This document shows positions 54,966 through 64,000 of a stretch of 64,000 nucleotides of DNA, piece after piece. The notes below the pieces were generated by a model. The model was not told the origin of the DNA, searched no databases, and saw only the letters and a program-made list of their open reading frames with translations. Location of the stretch: assembly GCA_963818235.1 (NCBI GenBank), contig CAWFRI010000003.1:295831-359830 (forward strand). Reading direction: 5' to 3'. Each line of letters begins with the position of its first letter. Within the stretch, counting starts at the first letter, position 1. The position numbers and the translations under genes were made by a program. The DNA is from an uncultured Acidobacteriaceae bacterium (GTDB lineage Bacteria > Acidobacteriota > Terriglobia > Terriglobales > Acidobacteriaceae).

Positions 54966-56147
54966 CTAGGCGAGCGTCTGCACCTCCACACTCAACACCG
55001 CCGGCAGGTCCCGCACAATCGGAGCCCAGTTATCTCCCGCGTCAGCCGAGCAATACACCTGTCCGCCGCTCGTGCCGAAATAAATCCCGCACTCCTCCAT
55101 CGAATCCACGGCCATCGCATCGCGCAGCACGTTCACGTAGCAGTTGCTCTGCGGCAAACCTTTCGTCAACGGCTCCCATTCGTCGCCACCGGTGCGGCTG
55201 CGGAAGACGCGCAGCTTGCCTTCGTGCACATAATGCTCCGAATCGCTCTTGATCGGAACCACATAAATCGTCTCCAGCTCGTGTGCATGCACGTCGATCA
55301 CGAATCCGAAATCCGTCGGCAGGTTCCCGCTGATTTTTTGCCACGAATCGCCGGCATCGTTGCTCCGCATCACGTCCCAATGCTTTTGCATAAAAAGAAC
55401 TCCGGGACGCCGTGGGTTCATGGCAATGTGGTGCACGCAGTGTCCAACTTCGGCTGTTGGGTTGGGAATGTACTTCGAATAGAGTCCGCGGTTGATCGGC
55501 TTCCAGGTCTTGCCGGCGTCATCGGTGCGGAACGCGCCCGCCGCCGATATAGCGACAAAAATCCGCTCCGGATTGCCGGGGTCCAGAATGATCGTGTGCA
55601 GGCACATCCCTCCCGCGCCGGGTTGCCACTTGGGGCCGGTGCCGTGCCCCCGCAGTCCAGATAGTTCCTTCCAATTTTGTCCCCCGTCGCTGGAGCGGAA
55701 CAATGCCGCATCTTCCACTCCCGCGTACACCGTATCGGGATCGCTCAACGATGGCTCCAGATGCCACACCCGCTTGAACTCCCAAGGATGCTGCGTTCCG
55801 TCGTAAAACTGATGTGTCGTCAGCGGCCTGCCGCTTTCATCCGAAGTATCGTAAACGAACTTGTTGCTCGCAGCCTTCGGAGGACCCGGCACTGCCGCCT
55901 CTCCCGGCGGCGTTCCCGGCTGATGCCACGTTTTACCGCCATCATCGGAGCGCTGAATAATCTGTCCAAACCAGCCGCTCGATTGCGACGCATACAGCCG
56001 GTTCGGATCCGTAGGCGATCCCTTTACGTGATACATTTCCCAGCCGGCGAAATGCGGCCCGCTAATCTCCCAATTTTCCCGCTTTCCGTCCGCCGTCAAA
56101 ACGAACGCTCCCTTGCGCGTACCCACCAGAACTCTCACTGTGCTCAT
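54966..56147 (-). CDS. BNR/Asp-box repeat beta-propeller protein (sialidase-like fold, Ycf48-like)
   Basis: Repeated SxDxGxTW Asp-boxes ([46 protein letters not shown]). No signal peptide. AGAGAGGAA RBS. Confidence 0.85.
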   Translation of the reverse strand: MSTVRVLVGTRKGAFVLTADGKRENWEISGPHFAGWEMYHVKGSPTDPNRLYASQSSGWFGQIIQRSDDGGKTWHQPGTPPGEAAVPGPPKAASNKFVYDTSDESGRPLTTHQFYDGTQHPWEFKRVWHLEPSLSDPDTVYAGVEDAALFRSSDGGQNWKELSGLRGHGTGPKWQPGAGGMCLHTIILDPGNPERIFVAISAAGAFRTDDAGKTWKPINRGLYSKYIPNPTAEVGHCVHHIAMNPRRPGVLFMQKHWDVMRSNDAGDSWQKISGNLPTDFGFVIDVHAHELETIYVVPIKSDSEHYVHEGKLRVFRSRTGGDEWEPLTKGLPQSNCYVNVLRDAMAVDSMEECGIYFGTSGGQVYCSADAGDNWAPIVRDLPAVLSVEVQTLA

Positions 56148-56233
56148 GCGTTCCTCTCTTGTTTTCTCTCCCTGCTATTGACGTCGTTCAAGCCCTTCCG
56201 GAGTTCAGAGGGTCATTTCCACCAAGCCCTCTT

Positions 56234-56935
56234 TTAGTGCGTATGGGAATCGCCAGAGGAGCTATCCTGCGGCGGCTTTTTCGCCGCAACGACAATCAAT
56301 CCTTCCGGATCTCCAGGCTGCGTCAAATACGGTATCATCGTGGGCGATATCGATTCGTACCCCACATCTTTCGCAGTCTTATAGGGCGCATAGAACATCA
56401 AATGCGGCGGCACGAAACCGCTTTCCTTGGATTGCGAATCGTAAACATAGTTTTCGTCCGACATCATGTAAAGGAAACCGGGTCCGGGCACTTTGAAGCG
56501 GCCATCTTTATATCCCTTCGCGATGTCGTCTTTGATTTCTGCCTCTGACTTGCCCTCTGCCCGTAGTTCTTCCCTGCGCAGGAAAGTCTGCACAAGAGTT
56601 CGGCTGCCTTCGGCGTCGAAGCACGCCGGCGCTGACGAAGTTTGCTTTGTCCCTACAAATGACCGCTCAACCAAGCAACTGAAGCCGTTCGTGCCTTCGC
56701 GAATTTTCTCATAGCCTTTCGGCCCCAAAATATAAATTGTGGCCCTACTCGATACCTCGGTGGGGCCCGCGCTCAAGGCCAGTTCGACCTGCCGCTCGTG
56801 CGGCGTGGAAGCGTCTACTAAATGCACTTCCTTCGTGGGTTCCTTTGAGTTGTCTCGATCTGCAACACTAGCAGATACGACAGTGACCGCCAGGAGGATT
56901 GCAAAAGTCGTTTTCGTCCATCCCATAAGTTTCAT
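56234..56935 (-). CDS. secreted hypothetical protein (about 233 aa)
   Basis: ATG at 56935 (MKLMGWTKTTFAILLAVTVVSASVA signal, AAGGA RBS). No domain recognised. Confidence 0.6.
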   Translation of the reverse strand: MKLMGWTKTTFAILLAVTVVSASVADRDNSKEPTKEVHLVDASTPHERQVELALSAGPTEVSSRATIYILGPKGYEKIREGTNGFSCLVERSFVGTKQTSSAPACFDAEGSRTLVQTFLRREELRAEGKSEAEIKDDIAKGYKDGRFKVPGPGFLYMMSDENYVYDSQSKESGFVPPHLMFYAPYKTAKDVGYESISPTMIPYLTQPGDPEGLIVVAAKKPPQDSSSGDSHTH

Positions 56936-56986
56936 GTTGGTGTCCTTTGCCACTCAATCACTAGCAGCGATCAGTATTCATATTTA

Positions 56987-57003
56987 ACTTGCTAAGTGCA
57001 AGT
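56987..57003. promoter_or_regulatory. perfect 6-5-6 inverted repeat in the hxlR divergent intergenic region (candidate operator)
   Basis: ACTTGC-TAAGT-GCAAGT, 22 nt upstream of the HxlR-family gene ATG. Confidence 0.35.
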
Positions 57004-57024
57004 AATAACTTATGATGGAAAAAC

Positions 57025-57471
57025 ATGCCGCGAAACATAACATCTCCCAAGCGTCGGTCCGGTTGCCCGCTGAATGCTTCGATCGAAATGCTGGGCGACC
57101 GCTGGTCGCTGCTCATCATCCGAGACATGATGCTCCGCGGCTTCCACAGCTATAAGCAGTTCATGGATTGTTACGAAGGCATCGCCACAAACATTCTCGC
57201 CAATCGCCTCCGCAAGCTGATCAATTACGGAATCATCACGGCGACCCCGGATCCCTCGGATGGACGCAAGGTGACATACCAACTGACCAGGAAGGGAATC
57301 GATCTGGCTCCGGTTCTCACCGAGATGGTTCTCTGGGCAGCCGCGCATGAAGAAACCGGCAATCAAGCCCTCGTCCGGCTCATGCGCGAAGATAAGGAAA
57401 AATTTTTCGCCAGCATTCGGCAATGCTGGGCCGCGTCGCAACTCGCCGCAACCCCGAATCAGCGAACCTAG
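57025..57471 (+). CDS. HxlR family transcriptional regulator
   Basis: ...CPLNASIEMLGDRWSLLIIRDM...YKQFMDCYEGIATNILANRLRKLINYGII...YQLTRKG... is the canonical HxlR winged-helix pattern. Confidence 0.88.
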   Translation: MPRNITSPKRRSGCPLNASIEMLGDRWSLLIIRDMMLRGFHSYKQFMDCYEGIATNILANRLRKLINYGIITATPDPSDGRKVTYQLTRKGIDLAPVLTEMVLWAAAHEETGNQALVRLMREDKEKFFASIRQCWAASQLAATPNQRT

Positions 57472-57504
57472 CTCAGTCCGGACGCAACTCGCATAAGTTG
57501 TGCC

Positions 57505-58215
57505 TCAAGATTCCTCAAGATCAATACCAAATCGAGCAGAAATCTCACGCCGCCCCCGGCCAGTAATATTTAGCGCTCTGCTGTCTAGATCCTGCGCGAC
57601 CCATCTTCTTTTCAACGCACTCTTCAGCAGAGCCGCCCCTAGCGCTCCGCCCACGTGGGGCCGGCGCTCGCTCCAATCCAGGCATGCGAAAGCAAAGCGC
57701 CTGCGCAACTTCCGCGTCACCCCGACATCAATACCCAGAGCTTCAAATGCTTTGGTTCCAGCCGCAGTGATGTCGTAGGCGTTGTTGCCATTCGAAACCG
57801 CGGATAACCAACCTAGCGCCATAAAACGGTCGTGCAGCTCTACTCCCACTACTCCCGCCAGATGGTCGTAGCAAGTCCGAGCAGCCCGTAGTCGGCTGGG
57901 CGTGGTGGGCGCGAATTGGTCGCGGGCACCTCCGGCTAGCACGCTCAATCCTTCCAGTGCGCCCGCTACATTCGGTCCCTCCAAACTATAAAACCGATGC
58001 TTCCCCTGAACCAATACTCTGACCAGGCGGGCCATCTTTAGCCGGTTCAGATGCACGCTCGCGGTCGACGGGCTCACTTTAGCCACCACGGAAAGTTCCG
58101 TGCTGGTTCGCGCATGGCCGTCCATTAGGCAGTAAAGCATGCGAGCCCGCGCCGGCTCGCCGATCGCCGCCGCAATCCTGGAGACCTCTGCCTCAGCATG
58201 ATGCTCGACATCCAT
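57505..58215 (-). CDS. ArsR/SmtB-family HTH regulator with C-terminal extension
   Basis: ...IAAAIGEPARARMLYCLMDGHARTSTELSVVAKVSPSTASVHLNRLKMARLV... Start set at the ATG at 58215 (MDVEHH...) within the longer ORF. Confidence 0.8.
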   Translation of the reverse strand: MDVEHHAEAEVSRIAAAIGEPARARMLYCLMDGHARTSTELSVVAKVSPSTASVHLNRLKMARLVRVLVQGKHRFYSLEGPNVAGALEGLSVLAGGARDQFAPTTPSRLRAARTCYDHLAGVVGVELHDRFMALGWLSAVSNGNNAYDITAAGTKAFEALGIDVGVTRKLRRRFAFACLDWSERRPHVGGALGAALLKSALKRRWVAQDLDSRALNITGRGRREISARFGIDLEES

Positions 58216-58388
58216 GCTTTGATGATAGACGAAGTGTTCATGGCGGTCCACTGGCAGACTGCTGAAATGTGCATCCAGCATGATTACTCTCCACATTTCA
58301 ACGCAACACACTGTGTGCTCACGAAGTATGCTCAAGTATTTGAGCGCAAGACGAGGTGCGTTTTAAGAAGGAAAGCAGGAGGTGCGGT

Positions 58389-59159
58389 TTGAGAAAAGTT
58401 TGGATGACGCTGCTATTGCTGATGATCGTGGCGGTATGGGTACCCACGGGTCCGCACGCGCAGTGGAAAACGCGATGGGAATACGAAGGCCCCAAAGGCG
58501 CTGAACATTGGAGCGAACTGGATCCCGGCTATACCACCTGCAAAGCCGGCAAGGAACAATCTCCAATCGACATTCGAAGTGCGAAAAAAGATCAACTCCC
58601 CGCTCTACGTTTCGAATACAAAAGTGGTCCGCTCAAATATTTAATTAACAACGGTTACACCATCCGGGTGAACTACCACGACGCCCCGGGAACCGGGAAT
58701 TTTCTGATTGTTGGCGACAAGCGCTACCAACTCACGCAATTTCACTTTCACCGCCCCAGCGAAGAGTACATCCACGGCAAGCCATACGATATGGTCGTTC
58801 ACTTGATGCATACAGCCAGCGACGGGAAGATTGCCGCGGTCGCAGTTCTTCTGCACGCCGGCAGCGCGAACGCCACCATTCAGCAGCTTTGGGAGCATAT
58901 GCCAAAGGTAGAAGGCCCAGAACAAGAGATTGCCGGAGTGGAAGTGAATCCCTCCGGCCTGTTGCCAGATCACACCGCTTACTACACCTATATGGGGTCG
59001 CTAACGGCCCCGCCCTGCAGTGAAGGCGTCACTTGGTTTGTGCTGAAGACTCCGGTGGAGATCTCGCGCGAGCAGATCGCCGCGTTCGCCAGGCTTTATC
59101 CGCACGATGTCCGGCCCCTTCAGCCACTCAACGGACGCGTCGTCACGGAGAGTCAGTAA
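58389..59159 (+). CDS. alpha-class carbonic anhydrase, secreted
   Basis: ...[15 protein letters not shown]...QSPIDI...[10 protein letters not shown]...[13 protein letters not shown]... (three Zn-His ligands) ...[16 protein letters not shown].... TTG at 58389 lies 6 nt after AGGAGG and yields signal peptide [16 protein letters not shown].... Alternatives are GTG 58356 and ATG 58404. Confidence 0.9.
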   Translation: MRKVWMTLLLLMIVAVWVPTGPHAQWKTRWEYEGPKGAEHWSELDPGYTTCKAGKEQSPIDIRSAKKDQLPALRFEYKSGPLKYLINNGYTIRVNYHDAPGTGNFLIVGDKRYQLTQFHFHRPSEEYIHGKPYDMVVHLMHTASDGKIAAVAVLLHAGSANATIQQLWEHMPKVEGPEQEIAGVEVNPSGLLPDHTAYYTYMGSLTAPPCSEGVTWFVLKTPVEISREQIAAFARLYPHDVRPLQPLNGRVVTESQ

Positions 59160-59193
59160 TGCGGAATTACCGGCCACAGCCGAAAGGACAACA

Positions 59194-59538
59194 ATGATGA
59201 TAACCTGCACAATCCGCTACCAGATCGATCCATTCCAGCGGGATGGGTTTAAGAAGTACGCTGAAAATTGGGGACGTATCATTCCCCGTTGCGGTGGGCA
59301 TCTTGTCGGATATTTTCTTCCCCACGAGGGCACAAACGATGTTGCGTGGGGTTTGATTGCATTCGATAGTCTCGCGTCCTATGAAGCGTACCGGGTGCGT
59401 TTGCGGGCCGATCCGGAAGCGCGTGAAAACTTCGCTATGGCCGAGACCAGGCGTATGATCCTCCGCGAAGAGAGAAACTTCGTGCAAGTCGTGGAAGGAA
59501 CGTTTGGCCTGCCTTCCACCCTGACTGGACTGGAGTAA
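59194..59538 (+). CDS. NIPSNAP family protein
   Basis: ...[45 protein letters not shown]... follows the NIPSNAP dimeric alpha-beta-barrel pattern. Start at the ATG at 59194 rather than the longer ORF overlapping the CA gene. Confidence 0.75.
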   Translation: MMITCTIRYQIDPFQRDGFKKYAENWGRIIPRCGGHLVGYFLPHEGTNDVAWGLIAFDSLASYEAYRVRLRADPEARENFAMAETRRMILREERNFVQVVEGTFGLPSTLTGLE

Positions 59539-59544
59539 ACCTCC

Positions 59545-60411
59545 ATGCCGACGCAAGCTGAAAAAGCGCAAGTGTTTCGCGGTCTGCACCAGCGTAATCG
59601 CGCCTTCATCATTCCTAACCCCTGGGATGCCGGTACCGCTCGCCTGCTGGCTCATCTCGGATTCGAAGCGCTCGCCACTACTAGCGCCGGCTATGCCTTC
59701 TCTGCCGGCCAGCGGGATAACACGGTTGATCGCGAGGAAATGATGGCGCACATCTCCACCATCGCCTCAGCCACTGACCTCCCAGTCAGTGCCGATCTTG
59801 AGAACGGCTTTGGCGACGCACCTGAGATCGTCGCGCAAACAATCTGGCTCGCGGCAGCGGCCGGAGCAGTGGGTGGCTCCATCGAAGACATGTCCCGCCA
59901 GCCGGGCCATCCCATCTACGAGCACGCCTTCGCAATCGAGCGCGTCAAAGCGGCAGCGGAAGTTGCCCGCGCCTTTCCTTTTCCCTTTACCCTAACCGCG
60001 CGTGCGGAGAATTACCTGGTTGGCCTGCCTGACTTGAAAGATACGATTGCGCGCCTGCAGGCATATCAAGCGGCTGGTGCCGACGTTCTCTATGCTCCCG
60101 GCCTCACCACCAAAGACGATATCGCCGCCGTAGTAAGTTCCTTGGATCGCCCGGTTAACGTCGTGATGGGTTTGCAAGGTGTTCAGTTGAGCCTGGCCGA
60201 GCTCTCCGCCATCGGAGTCAAGCGGATTAGCGTCGGAAGTGCGCTTTCTCGTGCTGCTCTCGGGGCATTCCTGCGCGCTGGCCAGGAAATGCACGAGCAC
60301 GGTACTTTCACCTTTGCCGATGAGGCCGTGAGCTATCGCGATCTCAGCGCCATGTTTACGGCCTGCGCCCCGCAAACTAATCCAATAAAAAAGAAACCGA
60401 TCGTGCCCTGA
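59545..60411 (+). CDS. isocitrate lyase / PEP mutase superfamily enzyme (2-methylisocitrate-lyase / oxaloacetate-decarboxylase-like)
   Basis: ...IPNPWDAGTARLLAHLGFEALATTSAGYAFS... and ...PVSADLENGFGD... are the family's signature segments. Confidence 0.85.
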   Translation: MPTQAEKAQVFRGLHQRNRAFIIPNPWDAGTARLLAHLGFEALATTSAGYAFSAGQRDNTVDREEMMAHISTIASATDLPVSADLENGFGDAPEIVAQTIWLAAAAGAVGGSIEDMSRQPGHPIYEHAFAIERVKAAAEVARAFPFPFTLTARAENYLVGLPDLKDTIARLQAYQAAGADVLYAPGLTTKDDIAAVVSSLDRPVNVVMGLQGVQLSLAELSAIGVKRISVGSALSRAALGAFLRAGQEMHEHGTFTFADEAVSYRDLSAMFTACAPQTNPIKKKPIVP

Positions 60412-60457
60412 AGCGCTGAAGCGTATTCGTAGCGGGCCGAATCGCCCGCGACCACGA

Positions 60458-61375
60458 GTGCACAGCCTTCGAGTAACATGGGCAAGTGGCAAGCGGCTTG
60501 CGAAAAACTCTCAATTGAATATCCTTTCTGCGCAGCATTTGAGCGGAATCCCCTGGCTCGTTCATGGATTTTCCACGCGCCTCGGCGGATCTTCGCGTAT
60601 ATATGGTGGGAACGCGCTGAACCTGGGATTCACCAAGCATGACTCCAAGGCCGCGGTCGAGCGCAATCGTACAGCGTTCCTCACGAAACTTGGAGCGAAG
60701 TTTAAATCGAGCAAAGGCCCGAATCTTTGGCCGCTGAGCACGCTCCGCCAAGTCCACTCCGATATCATCCGGTTCGTCGATTCACCGGCAGAGTCACAGC
60801 TTGTAGGTGATGGCTTGATCACCTCTACTCCAGGCTTGTTGCTGGCAATCCAGACCGCCGATTGTCTCCCCGTCATCCTGGTCGATCCCAAACGCTGTGC
60901 CGTTGGCGTGTTTCACGCCGGCTGGCGCGGCACGGTCAAGCGAATCGTTGAAAAAGGTGTGGGCGAGATGCGCCTCCACTTCGGCAGCCGGGCACACGAT
61001 CTCAAAGCCGCAATCGGTCCGGGAATTCAAGGCTGCTGCTACGAAGTCGGCCCGGAAGTGCGTGACCAGTTCGAATCGCAGTTCGCCTACGCCACGAAGC
61101 TGTTTCGAGAAGTTGAAGAATTCAATGAAGTCCGTGAAAAATATCCCATGCTATTCCTTACAGCTCGCGCCCCCGGCCACAGCGAGCTACCGAAAAAAAT
61201 TTATCTCGACCTGGTGGAAGCCAATCGCCAACAATTGTTGGCTGTTGGTGTTTTGCCTAAGAACATCGAAGCCTCGCCGCTCTGCACCAACTGCCGCGCA
61301 GACCTTCTATTCTCCTACCGCGCCGAAAAAGGAAAGACCGGCCGCATGATGGGAGTGGCGGGAATCAAAAGCTAA
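60458..61375 (+). CDS. pgeF: YfiH/PgeF (DUF152) purine-nucleoside phosphorylase / peptidoglycan editing factor family
   Basis: ...VHGFSTRLGG..., ...LRQVHSD..., ...TADCLPV..., ...HAGWRGT..., ...CCYEVG.... Start uncertain: GTG 60458 or TTG 60515. Confidence 0.85.
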   Translation: MHSLRVTWASGKRLAKNSQLNILSAQHLSGIPWLVHGFSTRLGGSSRIYGGNALNLGFTKHDSKAAVERNRTAFLTKLGAKFKSSKGPNLWPLSTLRQVHSDIIRFVDSPAESQLVGDGLITSTPGLLLAIQTADCLPVILVDPKRCAVGVFHAGWRGTVKRIVEKGVGEMRLHFGSRAHDLKAAIGPGIQGCCYEVGPEVRDQFESQFAYATKLFREVEEFNEVREKYPMLFLTARAPGHSELPKKIYLDLVEANRQQLLAVGVLPKNIEASPLCTNCRADLLFSYRAEKGKTGRMMGVAGIKS

Positions 61376-61460
61376 GTCAGAAATCAAAAGTAAGAATGCA
61401 GAAGTAAAGGCAAACGCGCCCTTACTCCTGCATTTTGACCTCTGAAGTTTTTCTTCTGAC
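61376..61460. terminator. long imperfect hairpin between convergent genes (bidirectional terminator)
   Basis: Outer arms GTCAGAA.../...CTTCTGAC and core AATGCAGAAGTAAAGG-caaacgcg-CCCTTACTCCTGCATT (61395-61434). U-rich tails on both strands. Confidence 0.55.
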
Positions 61461-61463
61461 TTC

Positions 61464-61799
61464 CTACATCGACGGAGTCGCGGGAGGCGCAGGTGGAGGC
61501 GGCCCCGCCGCTGCATTCACAACCCCCTCATTCACCAGATCCTTCAACTCTTTACTAGGCTTGAAGAAAGGAATCTTCTTGGCCGGCACCTCAACTTTTT
61601 CACCGGTTTTTGGATTACGTCCCGTGCGCGGATTGCGCTGGCGGGTGCGAAAACTGCCGAAGCCGCGGATCTCGATTTTGTCGCCCGCACGCAGCGAACG
61701 CACCACGCTGTCGAAGATCGTTTCCACAATCACTTCACTGTCTTTGCGCGTAAGTTCGGCTAAACGCGAGACTTCATCGATCAAGTCGGCTTTCGTCAT
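61464..61799 (-). CDS. HU/IHF family DNA-binding protein (IHF-beta-like) with Pro-rich tail
   Basis: MTKADLIDEV...GDKIEIRGFGSFRTRQRNPRTGRNPKTGEKVEVPAKKIPFFKPSKELK... is the canonical HU/IHF arm motif. Confidence 0.88.
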   Translation of the reverse strand: MTKADLIDEVSRLAELTRKDSEVIVETIFDSVVRSLRAGDKIEIRGFGSFRTRQRNPRTGRNPKTGEKVEVPAKKIPFFKPSKELKDLVNEGVVNAAAGPPPPAPPATPSM

Positions 61800-61953
61800 A
61801 ATGGTTCTTCGCTCCCGGCCCGCATCGAACTGAGAAATCGCCGCAGGTCGGCGAAAACCTCAGCCCCAGCTAGGGCAACCTCCATAACCTTCTCAAATTT
61901 CAGGGGTTGTACGCAAGTCTTAGTCTTTAGGCGTCGTCTTCTCAAAGCTTCCG

Positions 61954-62865
61954 CTACTTCCACAAATAATAAAACCCAACATGCTGCTCCATCATCTTGG
62001 TCACATCGGGCAGGTACTGCGAGATGTCTCCCGTCATCAGATCAAGCAGCGTCTTGCGGTCTTTCTCCGGGTGCACCAGCGTCGGCTCGCCTGAGATATT
62101 CACCGACTTCGCCGTCTCTTTCACCACCGCTTCAAAGTCGCCGACATCGTCGATCAATTTCATGTCGAGCGCCTGCTTGCCGGTCCACACCTTGCCGTTA
62201 GCGATGGCCTTTACGTCGTCGAACTTCATTCCGCGCCCATCTGCCACAGCCTGTACAAACTGCCCAAACATGTTGTCAATCAGCGACTGCATGTAAGCCT
62301 GCTCCGCCGGAGTCAGGTCGCGCGAGGGATCGCCCGTATCCTTAAACTCGCCCGTCTTAAACACCACACTCTTCAGCTTGGCCCACTTCATCAGCTCGCC
62401 ATAATTCACCCACTCGGCGATCACGCCAATGGAACCTACAACGCTCCCGTTGTTGGCATAAATCTTGTTCGAGGCCGACGCCACATAATATGCGCCGCTT
62501 GCGCCCACCGTCTCAATCGAAACCACGATGCGTTTCTTTTTTTCGTCGTGAATCCGCTTGACCTCACGGTAAATCTCCTCCGATGCCGCCACTCCTCCGC
62601 CCGGCGAGTTCACGTGCAGAATAATGGCCTTGATCGAAGAGTCGTCGTTGAATTTCTTCAATTCCTCCACCACCGGCTGCGGTGAGAGAATTACTCCGTC
62701 CAGGTCCACTACACCGATGCGGTCGCCAAATCCACCGAACGAGGATTCCGTGCCCCCTGCGTGCAACGTTAAGTAGACGAGCGAAAACACGGCCAGCACA
62801 AAGAGGAAAAATGCTCCTCCGCCAATCAAAACCCAAAGCAAAGTTCGCGAACGTGGTTCAGCCAT
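61954..62865 (-). CDS. sppA: signal peptide peptidase SppA, 36K type
   Basis: N-terminal TM segment. ...AIILHVNSPGGGVAASEEI... and ...GASGAYYVA... (Ser nucleophile region) are typical of S49 peptidases. Confidence 0.88.
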   Translation of the reverse strand: MAEPRSRTLLWVLIGGGAFFLFVLAVFSLVYLTLHAGGTESSFGGFGDRIGVVDLDGVILSPQPVVEELKKFNDDSSIKAIILHVNSPGGGVAASEEIYREVKRIHDEKKKRIVVSIETVGASGAYYVASASNKIYANNGSVVGSIGVIAEWVNYGELMKWAKLKSVVFKTGEFKDTGDPSRDLTPAEQAYMQSLIDNMFGQFVQAVADGRGMKFDDVKAIANGKVWTGKQALDMKLIDDVGDFEAVVKETAKSVNISGEPTLVHPEKDRKTLLDLMTGDISQYLPDVTKMMEQHVGFYYLWK

Positions 62866-62886
62866 GAAGAAAGTTTAGCACTGGTG

Positions 62887-63786
62887 CTAGGGAGTGAGCA
62901 CTTTTAGCGCTCTGCGTTGCACCGTGATCTCAACCGGCGTTCGGCAGACAAGTTCCCCATCGGCATAAACATCGAGCGGCCTCTCGGTTTTCACCCGCAG
63001 GCGCGCCGCCTGAAAATATTCCACCTCGCGGATGCCCAGGTGCCTGCCAAAATATACCGTGGGAAACATGCATGCGAGTTTGAACGGGTGGACGCCGCCG
63101 ATCACGCAGACATCGAGCTGACCATCATCCGTCCGCGCGTGCGACGCAATCTTCATGCCGCCGCCGTAGGTCGTCGTATTGGCGAAAGCTGCCAAGAGGG
63201 TAGGCTGATCGCGGTGTGTCGCCCACACGCCGGCATCGCTGGAAGTCATAATTTTCATCTGGAACGGAGCAAACCTGAAGATGGTTGAAGCCAGTGTCAG
63301 CGCATACCCACCGTGGCCCCGTAGCCAGCGCGGCAAAGCATTAGCTCGTCGCGAGACTTCAGCGTCCAGTCCCACACTGGCTACGCTACAGAAGTAGCTT
63401 GGAGACCCCTGTGGCGCGGGCGCCTCGCCCGCATCTGCCAGCGGCGTCACCATTCCCAAATCAATCGTTTGCACATTTTCCCGTGTCGCGCAAAATCTCT
63501 GCCACGACGCCCGAGAATCGCGCATACTCCGCAGTCCAAGCGCCCTCGCAAAGTCGTTCCCGCTGCCGGCAGGCACCACCAGAACCGGCACGCCAAGTTT
63601 CACCAGTTGATTCAAGTGACGATGAATGGTGCCATCACCGCCGAAAATTAGGATCACATCCGCATGATCGGCGGCAGCAGGCAACCCGATGCGCCAGTCG
63701 GTTCCATCGCAGCCGGTTCCTTCAGTTTGGAACGGCCGAAGCATTTTCGCAGAACATCCCAACCCGAAAATGGCAGCCGCACGCAT
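62887..63786 (-). CDS. diacylglycerol/lipid kinase family protein (YegS/BmrU-like)
   Basis: ...ILIFGGDGTIHRHLNQL... and ...VVPAGSGNDFARALG... are DAGK catalytic-domain motifs. Confidence 0.85.
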   Translation of the reverse strand: MRAAAIFGLGCSAKMLRPFQTEGTGCDGTDWRIGLPAAADHADVILIFGGDGTIHRHLNQLVKLGVPVLVVPAGSGNDFARALGLRSMRDSRASWQRFCATRENVQTIDLGMVTPLADAGEAPAPQGSPSYFCSVASVGLDAEVSRRANALPRWLRGHGGYALTLASTIFRFAPFQMKIMTSSDAGVWATHRDQPTLLAAFANTTTYGGGMKIASHARTDDGQLDVCVIGGVHPFKLACMFPTVYFGRHLGIREVEYFQAARLRVKTERPLDVYADGELVCRTPVEITVQRRALKVLTP

Positions 63787-63857
63787 ATGCGCGATTGAGC
63801 CTAGCAGAATCGGGGTTGGCTGCGCACAACTTAGGGCCGAGGAGTCGTGTCTGGAGG

Positions 63858-64000
63858 TTACAGTTCGATGATGACGGCTTTGATTTTCTTGCCCACTCTA
63901 AGCACCAATCTTATGGGTGCTCCCTGAATCACCGGTATTTCGAGAAATCGCTGTACGAATTCCTTCGAATTTCCTAAGTTCACAAGTTTCACCGAACCGG
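63858..64000 (-). CDS. 3' end of an unidentified minus-strand gene running off the window
   Basis: Manual translation gives ...GSVKLVNLGNSKEFVQRFLEIPVIQGAPIRLVLRVGKKIKAVIIEL, with a TAA stop at 63858-63860. Open to the window edge and too short for the ORF track. No family assigned. Confidence 0.3.
   Translation of the reverse strand, partial: GSVKLVNLGNSKEFVQRFLEIPVIQGAPIRLVLRVGKKIKAVIIEL

Noticed and set aside
54957-56237. Plus-strand ORFs of 235 and 186 aa opposite the BNR propeller gene
   Set aside because: Arg/His/Pro-rich antisense frames. The minus-strand frame carries five clear Asp-box repeats.
59167-60492. Minus-strand ORFs of 194 and 166 aa opposite the NIPSNAP and ICL/PEPM genes
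   Set aside because: Antisense artefacts.
1-64000. Search by eye for CRISPR arrays, tRNA/rRNA/tmRNA genes, IS elements, integrases, phage genes and classic defence systems
   Set aside because: No regularly spaced repeats, no tRNA-like T-arm/acceptor signatures in intergenic DNA, and no transposase, recombinase, restriction-modification or Cas-like ORFs were seen. The only TA-type element is vapBC. A computational scan (tRNAscan-SE, Infernal, CRISPR finder, ISEScan, DefenseFinder/PADLOC) is needed to be definitive.

Overview
Densely coding, moderately GC-rich bacterial chromosomal segment with about 55 protein genes. I recognised no rRNA, tRNA, CRISPR array, transposase, integrase or prophage genes. 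The gene content points to Acidobacteriota (Terriglobia-like): a TIGR03436-type 'acidobacterial' VWA protein, a CarboxypepD_reg-type TonB-dependent receptor, several ASPIC/UnbV-FG-GAP proteins and a HAF-repeat protein. This taxonomic call is an inference from family content, not a database hit.

Layout:
- 1-4.5 kb: 3' end of a 2-oxoacid:ferredoxin oxidoreductase operon, tightly coupled to two unknown ORFs and a CheY-like receiver, followed by an OxlT-family MFS transporter.
- 4.5-11.4 kb: MCP, MFS transporter, small lipoprotein, GTP-PEPCK and a frame-disrupted alpha/beta hydrolase.
- 11.5-22 kb: LacI-linked glycan module (GH-A clan hydrolase, GH116, LacI, MFS, TonB-dependent receptor) with a recurring operator-like motif.
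- 22-34.5 kb: envelope cluster of two TPR proteins, three paralogous ASPIC/UnbV proteins, a heptahaem cytochrome c and a VWA protein. This is the best candidate for an uncharacterised system.
- 34.5-39.5 kb: GH16 and GH38.
- 39.6-43.5 kb: MBL hydrolase, a vapBC cassette wedged between neighbours, a frame-disrupted DUF1579-like gene, a Cys-rich ORF and a HAF-repeat protein.
- 43.7-51 kb: housekeeping genes (Ada-AlkA, GDH, ComEA-like, PgsA, AMMECR1, S53 peptidase).
- 51-56 kb: MoaD/ThiS-like protein ending GGCI, a frame-disrupted KaiC-like ATPase with a pseudo-receiver histidine kinase, and a BNR propeller.
- 56-64 kb: HxlR, ArsR, alpha-carbonic anhydrase, NIPSNAP, ICL/PEPM-family enzyme, PgeF, IHF/HU, SppA and a lipid kinase.

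Four single-base frame disruptions in three genes suggest either assembly indels or real decay, and need read-level checking. All family assignments rest on motif recognition by eye; no searches were run.
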